Assembly (NCBI GenBank): GCA_047974625.1
Contig: JBKECK010000068.1
Coordinates: 68,714 to 132,713, forward strand
Length of the DNA: 64,000 bases
Direction: 5' to 3'
Source of the DNA: Acidimicrobiales bacterium
GTDB taxonomy: Bacteria > Actinomycetota > Acidimicrobiia > Acidimicrobiales > SZUA-35
Positions 8,921 through 15,498 of the stretch are shown here, piece after piece. A program made the position numbers and the translations under genes. Below the pieces are notes generated by a model. The model was not told where the DNA came from and did not search any database. It saw only the letters and a list, made by a program, of their open reading frames with translations. Each line of letters starts with the position of its first letter. Within the stretch, counting starts at the first letter, position 1.

Positions 8921-8962
8921 GTGTACCGGCCGAGCCATCAGGCTTCGGATCGGCCGGTACAC
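8921..8962 (-). terminator. Strong hairpin between the precursor ORF and the enzyme genes (candidate partial terminator/attenuator or processing site)
   Basis: Perfect 13-bp inverted repeat GTGTACCGGCCGA (8921-8933) / TCGGCCGGTACAC (8950-8962) with a 16-nt loop that can pair further (GCC..GGC). On the transcribed strand it is followed by GCCUUAUCUGUUUGACAAG, which is U-enriched for this genome but not a canonical U-tract. Confidence 0.45.
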
Positions 8963-9014
8963 GCTCGCATGATGGCCGCCCTCAACGAATGTCAGGGGGG
9001 CGGTACTAGCCCAG

Positions 9015-9164
9015 TCAGTCGTCGGACTGGCTGTCGTCGGACTGGCTGTCGTCGGACTGGCTGTCGTCATCCCAGGCGAACGCAGCGTGCACGAGCGAGT
9101 TGTGCTTGTGCAGGGCGGCGATCGGGGCGGCGGTCTCGATGCTGTCGATTTCGATCGTGGGCAT
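9015..9164 (-). CDS. Candidate RiPP precursor peptide, 49 aa (below the size floor of the ORF track)
   Basis: Minus-strand reading is GGAGGA (9169-9174), AGCT, ATG (9164), 49 codons, TGA (9015-9017). Translation: MPTIEIDSIETAAPIAALHKHNSLVHAAFAWDDDSQSDDSQSDDSQSDD. No in-frame ATG or GTG lies upstream before the stop at 9228-9230. The ORF is on the same strand as, and 128 nt upstream of, the partner/YcaO genes. Confidence 0.7.
   Translation of the reverse strand: MPTIEIDSIETAAPIAALHKHNSLVHAAFAWDDDSQSDDSQSDDSQSDD
9018..9068. repeat. Perfect 15-nt tandem repeat x3.4 (gtcgtcggactggct), encoding the (DDSQS)n core of the small ORF
   Basis: Copies at 9018-9032, 9033-9047 and 9048-9062 are identical, followed by a partial gtcgtc at 9063-9068. 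Confidence 0.95.
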
Positions 9165-9216
9165 AGCTTCCTCCAGTGGCGAGATCCAGTCGGCAGGGCC
9201 GACTAGGACTAGGTGG

Positions 9217-9258
9217 GATAGTAATCGTTATTATTCTCATTTCAGATCCGTGGTGCAA
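9217..9258 (-). promoter_or_regulatory. AT-rich divergent promoter region with a candidate sigma-70-type promoter for the precursor operon overlapped by a Fur-box-like 19-mer
   Basis: Minus strand shows TTGCAC (9258-9253), a 17-nt spacer, then AATAAT (9235-9230). The 19-mer GATAGTAATCGTTATTATT (9217-9235) matches the classical Fur box GATAATGATAATCATTATC at 13 of 19 positions, counted by hand. This is the only strongly AT-rich patch between the divergent precursor and MFS genes. Confidence 0.35.
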
Positions 9259-9430
9259 GTCGAGGTAGATCGGAGTGTTCTGTGACTCGTCGCACTCAGC
9301 CCAGCCGAGGGAACCGGACACCGACCGGGCCGATGTCCGGCGCGGTCAGGGGGCGCCGCACGCGCCCGCACCGCATGGTCTCGGACCCGCCGACGCCGCA
9401 GGCCCGCCGGGACAGGTGGCCCGGTTGCGC

Positions 9431-10669
9431 ATGAGGCTGCGTGAGCGTTACCCGGTCCCGGCGGCCGTGGTTCTCGTGTTGGTGGCACAGTTCGTCGCCC
9501 GCCTGCCCATGGGCATGTACTCGGTGGCGCTCGTGTTGGCGGTCGTGCACTGGACCAGTTCGTTCGCGACAGCCGGTGCTGCCGTGGCCGGTTTCAACCT
9601 TGCCGGTGGTGTGATCGCGCCGTTGGTCGGGCGACTGGCCGACCGTCATGACCCGCGCCCCATCCTTGGTGGCCTCGCTCTCGGACATGCGTTGGCAGTT
9701 GTCCTACTCGTTGCCACCGCCGAGGGGCTTCCCCACGTGGTCTTCCCGGTGCTCGCAGCGGTGGCCGGTGGCTGCATGCCTCCGATCGGGCCGGCGCTGA
9801 AGGCGACGTGGAGCCGACGATTCGATTCCGAGGACCGGGTGCTGCGGGCGGTGTTCGGCCTTGAGTCCGTGCTGGGCGAAGCGGTGTATCTACTGGGTCC
9901 CGCGCTGGCCGGTGCCGCGACCGCGCTCGGCGGGGAGCCGTTCTCGTTGCTCACGGCCGGTGCCCTGACCCTGGGCGGCACCGCAGCGATCATCGCCGGG
10001 TCGACGTTGGCCCACCCGCTCGCAGGAGCGACTCGTTCCGGTCCGAGCGCAGCGGCGCTGCGTTCACGGGGGCTGCAGATCCTGCTCGTGACCCAGGCGC
10101 TGTCGTTCGTCGCGTTCTCTGGGATCAGCCTCGGGGTGCTGGCCCTGGCGGAGGCCCAGGGCTTGTCCGCCACCGGTGCGCTGCTGCTGTCAGTGTGGGC
10201 GGCCGGTGCGGCCATCGGGGCGTTGATCTGGGGGGCGCGAGCCCAGTGGCCGGGTACACAGGCCCAGCAGTTGCACGCCGTGTTGTGGTTGGTCGCCGCC
10301 ACCAGCGGCGCGGTCGCGCTTGCGGGCGCAGCGCTTCCAGCCGTAGCTGCAACAGCAGGCTGGGCGTTGCTGGGCGCAGCCTTGCTGGCGGCGGGCGTGG
10401 CCCTCGCCCCCGGGGCGATCGTCGAGGCGACCCTGGTCGGTCAGGTCACGGCCGTCGGGCGTCGCACCGAGTCCTACGCCTGGCTCGGAACGGCGGCGCT
10501 GGTGGGGTCCGCTGCAGGCTCAGCACTGTTCGGCCTGCTGGTTGCACAGTGGGGAGGGGCAGCCGCCCTGATCGGCGCGGTGGTAACCGCCGCCGCCGCC
10601 GCGATGATCGCCGGCCTGGGACGACCGGCGCTGGAGCTGCCGACGGCTGTCGCGGACCGGGGATCCTGA
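9431..10669 (+). CDS. MFS transporter (putative exporter), divergent from the precursor gene
   Basis: About 12 hydrophobic segments, with MFS-like loops (GRLADRHDPRP after TM2). The track ORF starts at 9275, but its first ~50 codons are Arg/Pro/Gly-rich. ATG 9431 (MRLRERYPVPAAVVLVLVAQF) is the more plausible start. Confidence 0.7.
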   Translation: MRLRERYPVPAAVVLVLVAQFVARLPMGMYSVALVLAVVHWTSSFATAGAAVAGFNLAGGVIAPLVGRLADRHDPRPILGGLALGHALAVVLLVATAEGLPHVVFPVLAAVAGGCMPPIGPALKATWSRRFDSEDRVLRAVFGLESVLGEAVYLLGPALAGAATALGGEPFSLLTAGALTLGGTAAIIAGSTLAHPLAGATRSGPSAAALRSRGLQILLVTQALSFVAFSGISLGVLALAEAQGLSATGALLLSVWAAGAAIGALIWGARAQWPGTQAQQLHAVLWLVAATSGAVALAGAALPAVAATAGWALLGAALLAAGVALAPGAIVEATLVGQVTAVGRRTESYAWLGTAALVGSAAGSALFGLLVAQWGGAAALIGAVVTAAAAAMIAGLGRPALELPTAVADRGS

Positions 10670-10750
10670 CGCCGCCGGCAACGGGCAGGACCTCGGATCG
10701 TTGACGAGCTGTCTGATCGCCGGCCGATCCAGCACCTGTCGGGTGGCATA

Positions 10751-11614
10751 ATGGCGGTCATGGACGGCGGGCTGCACAGAGCGGGATTGATCGGCGGGGC
10801 AGGCCCCCACCGTCGGGTGGTGGCCATCGACACGGGTCCGCTGCTGGCCGTACATGCGCTCGGCGCCGCTGAGCAGCTGGTCGCGGTCAACGCACTGGAC
10901 GACGGGCGGCTTCCGGACGATGCCACCTGGACGGGGCGCCGGCTGGACCAGCGATTCCCGCCCCTGGAAGCCATCATCGACCTCGAGCCGGACCTGGTCG
11001 TCTCGGGTGACAACGAGGCGTTTGAACCCGGCGCCTTCGGAGACCGGTACGCCCTCGCAGATCGGGGCATCGCCAGCTTCCTCTTCGCCGAGGCCGCGAC
11101 CGAAGGAGACGACGACGCCGACCCGGTCACGCTCGAGTCAACGTGGGCGGACCTCACCGCGCTCGGCACAGCCCTCGGTCGCGACGAGGCGGCCGCGCAG
11201 CTGGTCGCCGATCAGCGAGCGGAGCTTTCGGCGGTTCCCGGAGGTTCGGCGGTTCCCGGAGGTAACGAGTCGGTGGTGCTGGTCGTGGATGACTGGTTCG
11301 CCGACGGGTCGATGCTGACCGCTGGCGGGGTGGCGGTCGTGTCAGATCTCCTCCGGCGAGCCGGCTGCCGGGGCACCTTCGACGACCGCCCATGGGCCTA
11401 CGGCACGGTCGCGGCGGACGACCTCGCCGAGCGCCCGCCCGAAGGGGTGCTCGTCAGTGACTACGGCCGTCGTAGCGTCGACGAGAAACTGCGACGCCTG
11501 GGACGGATCGTGGATCTCCACGGAGTCGGGGTCGTCGTGTTGCCGCTGCACACCACCGTGGAGGGGGTCGGCAACGCCGAAGCCATCGCCGAGCTCGCGG
11601 TGCTGCAGAAGTGA
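10751..11614 (+). CDS. FecB/BtuF-type (cluster A/type 8) periplasmic-binding-protein homolog lacking any signal peptide
   Basis: RVVAIDTGPLLAVHALGAAEQLVAV...PPLEAIIDLEPDLVV... is typical of siderophore/cobalamin binding proteins. The ORF is already maximal (a stop lies upstream) and has no signal or lipobox segment. It contains an 18-nt x2 repeat (11227-11262, SAVPGG x2). Confidence 0.5.
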   Translation: MAVMDGGLHRAGLIGGAGPHRRVVAIDTGPLLAVHALGAAEQLVAVNALDDGRLPDDATWTGRRLDQRFPPLEAIIDLEPDLVVSGDNEAFEPGAFGDRYALADRGIASFLFAEAATEGDDDADPVTLESTWADLTALGTALGRDEAAAQLVADQRAELSAVPGGSAVPGGNESVVLVVDDWFADGSMLTAGGVAVVSDLLRRAGCRGTFDDRPWAYGTVAADDLAERPPEGVLVSDYGRRSVDEKLRRLGRIVDLHGVGVVVLPLHTTVEGVGNAEAIAELAVLQK

Positions 11615-11678
11615 CCGCGGACCTCCCACGAGCGCTTCACCTGCCGAGTTGGGTCCGGTACCGGTCCGCGGGGCTGGA

Positions 11679-12461
11679 TCAGTTGGGCCTGAGGCGGACG
11701 CGTGGTTGGCCGTAGACAAGTTGCGGAACACCGTCCGGGCCGTCGACACGGCGGACGCTGATGCCGTAGACAGACTCGATGCGCTCCGGGTGCAGGACCT
11801 CTGACGGCAGGCCCTCGGCAATCACCGCGCCGCGGTTGAGCAGTACCAGCCGGTCGCAGTAGCGCGCCGCCAGGTTGAGGTCGTGGAGAACGATGACGAC
11901 AGACGACGCCAGGCGGCAGACCAGGTCCAGCAGTTCGTGTTGGTAGCGAACGTCGAGGTGGTTGGTCGGCTCGTCCAGGAAGAGGTGGTCGACATCCTGG
12001 GCCAGCGCCCTGGCCAGTAGCACCCGCTGCCGCTCGCCTCCAGAAAGCTCGGTGATCAGATCGTCGGCGCGGTCACGGAGCCCGACCTGGGTCAGCAGCT
12101 CCGCGGCGACCCGGTGGTCTTCAACGTCGTAGCTGAGGAACGGGCCACGTTGTGGGGCCCGGCCGAGCAGCACCATCTCCGCGACGGTCATCGCCAGTTC
12201 CGACACGGGGTCCTGCACCACAACGGCGACGCGGCGAGCGAGGTGGCGTGGGCGCAGGTCGGCAACGTCGTCACCGTCGATCAGGACGCTGCCGCCGCTC
12301 GGCCGGATGGCCTTGTAGAGAGACCGCAACATCGTGGTCTTGCCCGACCCGTTGGGGCCGATGAGGCCGACGATCTCACCGGCCGCCGCCCGAAACGAGG
12401 CGCCGTCGAGGGCCCGCCGCGAGCCGTAGTCGACGGTGACGCGGCGGGCGTCGACGCTCAC
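11679..12461 (-). CDS. ABC transporter ATP-binding protein, FecE/FepC-type (iron-siderophore/cobalamin importer class)
   Basis: Walker A GPNGSGKTT, signature LSGGERQRV and Walker B LFLDEPTNHLD. The GTG start overlaps the stop of the binding-protein gene (GTGA). Confidence 0.85.
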   Translation of the reverse strand: MSVDARRVTVDYGSRRALDGASFRAAAGEIVGLIGPNGSGKTTMLRSLYKAIRPSGGSVLIDGDDVADLRPRHLARRVAVVVQDPVSELAMTVAEMVLLGRAPQRGPFLSYDVEDHRVAAELLTQVGLRDRADDLITELSGGERQRVLLARALAQDVDHLFLDEPTNHLDVRYQHELLDLVCRLASSVVIVLHDLNLAARYCDRLVLLNRGAVIAEGLPSEVLHPERIESVYGISVRRVDGPDGVPQLVYGQPRVRLRPN

Positions 12462-13450
12462 GAGGTGGCGAGTCCCTCGCTGATGATCTGCAGCCCCTCC
12501 AGCGCGGAGGGTGACGGCTCGGCGAAGACCCCCGGGACCGACACGAGGCGGTCGTTCGCTATGGCCTGGAGGTCCTCCGCACCCGGCAGAGCCAGCAGTC
12601 GGCGCATCGTCTCCTCCTCGTCGATTTCAGGGCTCAGGCTGTGGAACAGCACAATGGTGTCCGGGTCGGCCGCGATCAGCTCTTCGATGTTCAGCTCGAA
12701 GAACTGCTCCTGCACATCGCCGAAGACGTTGTCCAGACCCAACTGGTCGAATACTGCGTCGACCACCGAGTCGTCACCGAATGCCGACGGGTCCGCCCCG
12801 AACCAGTAGAGGCCGGCGACCGTCCCACCGCCCTCAACCGGTTCGACGTCCTCAAGGGTGCTGTCGAACTCATCCGCGGCCGCGTCCGCGGTGCCCTGGG
12901 TCCCGAACAGTTCGCCGTAGGTGCGAATGTCGGCGCTGACCAACTCCAGGGCCGAGGCATCCGCCAGCTCGCCGTCGTGGTCGCCGCAGTAGTTGGCGAT
13001 CAAGAGATGGTCGACGCCGGCCGCGGCGAGGTCCTCTGGAGTGGTCTCGAACAGTCCGTAACTGACCACCAGGTCAGCCCCGGTTCCGAGGATCGCCTCC
13101 TGTCCGGGGTCGCCGTCGGTCAGGACCTCGACATCGGCGACCGCTTCCCCGGCCTCGCCCGGTGCCGTCGCGCCGAACTCGCCGGCACGGGACACGATGA
13201 GATCGGACGCACCGGCAGCATGCAGGATCTCGACCGCGACGGTGCCGATGGTCAGAATGCCCTCGGGGGCATCCTCGATCACGACCTCCTCGCCACAGTT
13301 CTCGATGGTCATCGGGAACGAAGCTGCCGTATCGTCGCCCTCGTCGACAGTGGTCGCCGCGGACTCCTCGTTCGGCTCCGCGCTGCTGCAGGCGCTGGCG
13401 ACGAGTACCAGGACCAGGACGGTGACGATCGATGCAATTCGTGTGGTCAC
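12458..13450 (-). CDS. ABC substrate-binding lipoprotein, FecB/siderophore-binding type
   Basis: The real start is GTG 13450, preceded by AGAGGA with an 8-nt spacer. The N-terminus VTTRIASIVTVLVLVLVASAC is a lipoprotein signal with a lipobox Cys. The listed longer ORF (to 13624) overlaps the permease gene. Confidence 0.7.
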   Translation of the reverse strand: MTTRIASIVTVLVLVLVASACSSAEPNEESAATTVDEGDDTAASFPMTIENCGEEVVIEDAPEGILTIGTVAVEILHAAGASDLIVSRAGEFGATAPGEAGEAVADVEVLTDGDPGQEAILGTGADLVVSYGLFETTPEDLAAAGVDHLLIANYCGDHDGELADASALELVSADIRTYGELFGTQGTADAAADEFDSTLEDVEPVEGGGTVAGLYWFGADPSAFGDDSVVDAVFDQLGLDNVFGDVQEQFFELNIEELIAADPDTIVLFHSLSPEIDEEETMRRLLALPGAEDLQAIANDRLVSVPGVFAEPSPSALEGLQIISEGLATS

Positions 13451-13469
13451 GAACAGGTTCCTCTCTGGA

Positions 13470-14609
13470 TCAGGGATTGGTGGGAGTCTTGGGGGCTGTG
13501 CGGCGGAGCAGCAGAACGATGAAGGGGGCCCCGACCAGGGAGGTGACGACGCCGATGGGCAACTCACGGGGGGCGAACGCGACGCGGGCGAGGATGTCGG
13601 CGCCGACCAGCAGGGCAGCCCCACTCAGGGCGGCGACGGGTAACAGCCGACGGTGGACACCGCCGACCAGCCGGCGTGCCAGGTGGGGAACCACCAGGCC
13701 GACGAATCCAATGGTGCCCGACACCGCGACCATGACGCCGATGCAGAGTGCGACCAAGACGAGCGTGTTCGTGCGGACCCGCGTCGGGTCGGTGCCGAGG
13801 GTCCGTGCGGTCTCGTCGCCGGCAGCGATCGCGTCGAGGGACCTGCTGAGGGCGATGAGGACGAGCAGCACGACGACAACGGTCAGCATGGGGACCGCCA
13901 CACTCGACCATCGGGCCTGATCGAGGCCGCCGAGCAGCCAGAACAGCACCGCTCGGGCACCCTCCCGGGCGTCAGAGGCGAAGATGGTGAAGCTGGTCAG
14001 CGCCGACAGGGTGTACCCGACGGCGACCCCTGCCAGGATCAGGCGGATCGCCGTCGCCGGTCCGCCCAGCCGTGCCAGCGCGAAGACCAGGCCGATGGCA
14101 GCCAACCCCCCGACGAAGGCGCTGCCCGCCAACGCGTTTGCCCCCAGCGCGCTGCCCACCCCGAACAGGATGCTGAGCGACGCCCCGAACGACGCGCCCG
14201 AGGAGACGCCGAGCAGGTAGGGATCGGCCAGCACGTTGCGGACCAGAGCCTGGATCGCCACCCCGCAGATCGACAGCCCCGCCCCGACGGCAAGGCCCAG
14301 CAGCACCCTGGGTGTCCGGACCAGCCAGACGATGTTGTCCTGCGTCGTGGTCCAGGTGACCTCCGCAGGGACGCCGACGGTGTGATGACCGATGACCGAC
14401 CAGACAACGTCCGGAGGGATCGGCACCGGGCCCAGGGCCACGCCCAAGGTGACAACCGCCACCAGCGCCGCCGCGGTTCCCAGGGTCCAGATCAGAACCT
14501 GCCGACGCCGACGGTTGTAATCCAGGTCGTCGGTGAACTCAGGTGCCGGCTCATCGGGTTCGGCACCTCCAAGCGGCACCGCCTGGCGTTCGACGTCGGC
14601 CTGGCTCAC
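13470..14609 (-). CDS. FecCD-family ABC permease
   Basis: Polytopic membrane protein with typical FecCD segments (LLGLAVGAGLSICGVAIQALVRNVLADPYLLGVSSGASFG...; C-terminal VVTSLVGAPFIVLLLRR). Confidence 0.85.
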   Translation of the reverse strand: MSQADVERQAVPLGGAEPDEPAPEFTDDLDYNRRRRQVLIWTLGTAAALVAVVTLGVALGPVPIPPDVVWSVIGHHTVGVPAEVTWTTTQDNIVWLVRTPRVLLGLAVGAGLSICGVAIQALVRNVLADPYLLGVSSGASFGASLSILFGVGSALGANALAGSAFVGGLAAIGLVFALARLGGPATAIRLILAGVAVGYTLSALTSFTIFASDAREGARAVLFWLLGGLDQARWSSVAVPMLTVVVVLLVLIALSRSLDAIAAGDETARTLGTDPTRVRTNTLVLVALCIGVMVAVSGTIGFVGLVVPHLARRLVGGVHRRLLPVAALSGAALLVGADILARVAFAPRELPIGVVTSLVGAPFIVLLLRRTAPKTPTNP

Positions 14610-14824
14610 ATCCTCTCCGACCGGTAGGTGGCGAGTGGCGTGTGGTGGGAGTCGCCCGCGCCGAGAAGCGCCCGGATCTCCGTTGCGGTTGGCCCCACAG
14701 CGCCGCCTCGGCGACGAGCGACGCGAGGGTGACTAGCCCGACAGCCAAGCACGTGAGGACCGGTCCGGCGACGGCTCCCACCAGGTGGAGTAGCAACAAT
14801 GCAGACGGTGGAGCACGTGGGGAC

Positions 14825-14861
14825 GATAACACTGGCAGGAATGAGAACCAGTATCGTTATC
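14825..14861. promoter_or_regulatory. AT-rich imperfect palindrome upstream of the FecCDE-type operon (candidate operator)
   Basis: GATAACACTGG-cAGGAATGAGAA-CCAGTatcGTTATC. It contains the octamers AATGAGAA (14840-14847) and ATCGTTAT (14853-14860). Both also occur in the precursor promoter patch: ATCGTTAT at 9224-9231, and TTCTCATT (the reverse complement of AATGAGAA) at 9234-9241. Confidence 0.3.
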
Positions 14862-14930
14862 TAGTGTTTAGGTCGATCGACTCACCACATGATCCTGGAC
14901 TTCGACTGGCGACGGTGACTCGGCCGCGCC

Positions 14931-15130
14931 ATGGCTGGATCGATCGCGTCTCCGGTGCTGGGGGGGATGCTCGTGGATGCCGCGGTCGCGGTGGATGTCC
15001 CTTATCAACGTTCCGCTGGGGCCGGTGGCGATCGTAATCAGCGCCGCGAGCGGGACGGGAGCAGGTTCGACCTGCTCGGCGCGCTCCTGCTCGGGGTTCG
15101 TCCCCCAGCCCCGGGAACCACCCCGTGCGG
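14931..15130 (+). pseudogene. Relic of a DHA2 (EmrB/QacA-type) MFS transporter gene, short and frameshifted
   Basis: Three consecutive pieces lie in two frames: GSIASPVLGGMLVDA, then RWMSLINVPLGPVAIVISA, then RFDLLGALLLGV. Together they reproduce the conserved TM5-TM6 region (G.LGG.LVD..WRW.FLINVP.G) of DHA2 transporters. No intact ORF is present. Confidence 0.5.
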
Positions 15131-15498
15131 ATCGCCTCGGAGCGTCTGCGAGGCGATATTCGCCGACTCGATCGCCGACGATGTGATGAAGTGATCTCCA
15201 GGCGTCGGCTCCGGCGGGCAGGGGGTTCCAGTTGGAGCCCCGGTTCCCCAGGTCGGGGCCCGTCATCGGCGAAGGGTTCGACTCCCCACCGGTCGGCCCT
15301 CGGCACCACACGCTCGGCGTGACTCAACGAGACGGCTCTGCGGGCTTCGGGCCCCCGTCGACTCGATGAGGGTGTCGGGGGTCGGCTGCCATGGGTCCGG
15401 TCCGGCACGTCCGGAAGCGATTGCGCCGTGGCCGGATGAGGCCCCCGCCGCGTCCGTTCTCACCCCCCACTCACTCGAATGACCCGAAGGAGGCCACG

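Noticed and set aside
9018-9068. The short perfect repeats (here and at 8707, 47248, 52115, 57195) considered as a possible CRISPR or other repeat-spacer array
   Set aside because: The units are directly tandem with no spacers, measure 9-18 nt, and sit in frame inside coding sequences. This is not CRISPR architecture.
8921-9166. 81-aa plus-strand ORF antisense to the small precursor ORF, with a Cys-containing repeat (RRTGC x3) that could tempt a thiazole-type precursor call
   Set aside because: It is the mirror image of the 15-nt repeat and lies on the opposite strand to the whole YcaO operon. It starts inside the hairpin at a non-ATG codon without an SD, and it is Arg-rich shadow-frame text. 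The minus-strand ORF has ATG plus GGAGGA and the expected position. It cannot be excluded absolutely without expression data.
9067-9321. 84-aa minus-strand ORF overlapping the precursor region in another frame
   Set aside because: It spans the AT-rich promoter patch and the 5' UTR, has no SD, and ends in Arg-rich text. It is incompatible with the promoter/SD layout that supports the 49-codon ORF.
14610-14860. Possible cobalamin riboswitch in the ~250-nt leader of the FecCD-type operon, based on CCGCAACGG and GCCACTCG resembling the CCCGCAACGGTA and B12-box GCCACTG elements
   Set aside because: The compact GGGAA...GGTG..AA..CC core upstream of the CGCAAC element is missing. Spacing does not fit, and the B12 box is imperfect. 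A cmsearch with RF00174 would settle it.
14866-14890. IdeR/DtxR iron box near TGTTTAGGTCGATCGACTCA
   Set aside because: Only the TTAGGT half matches the TTAGGTTAGGCTAACCTAA consensus, and the second half-site is absent.
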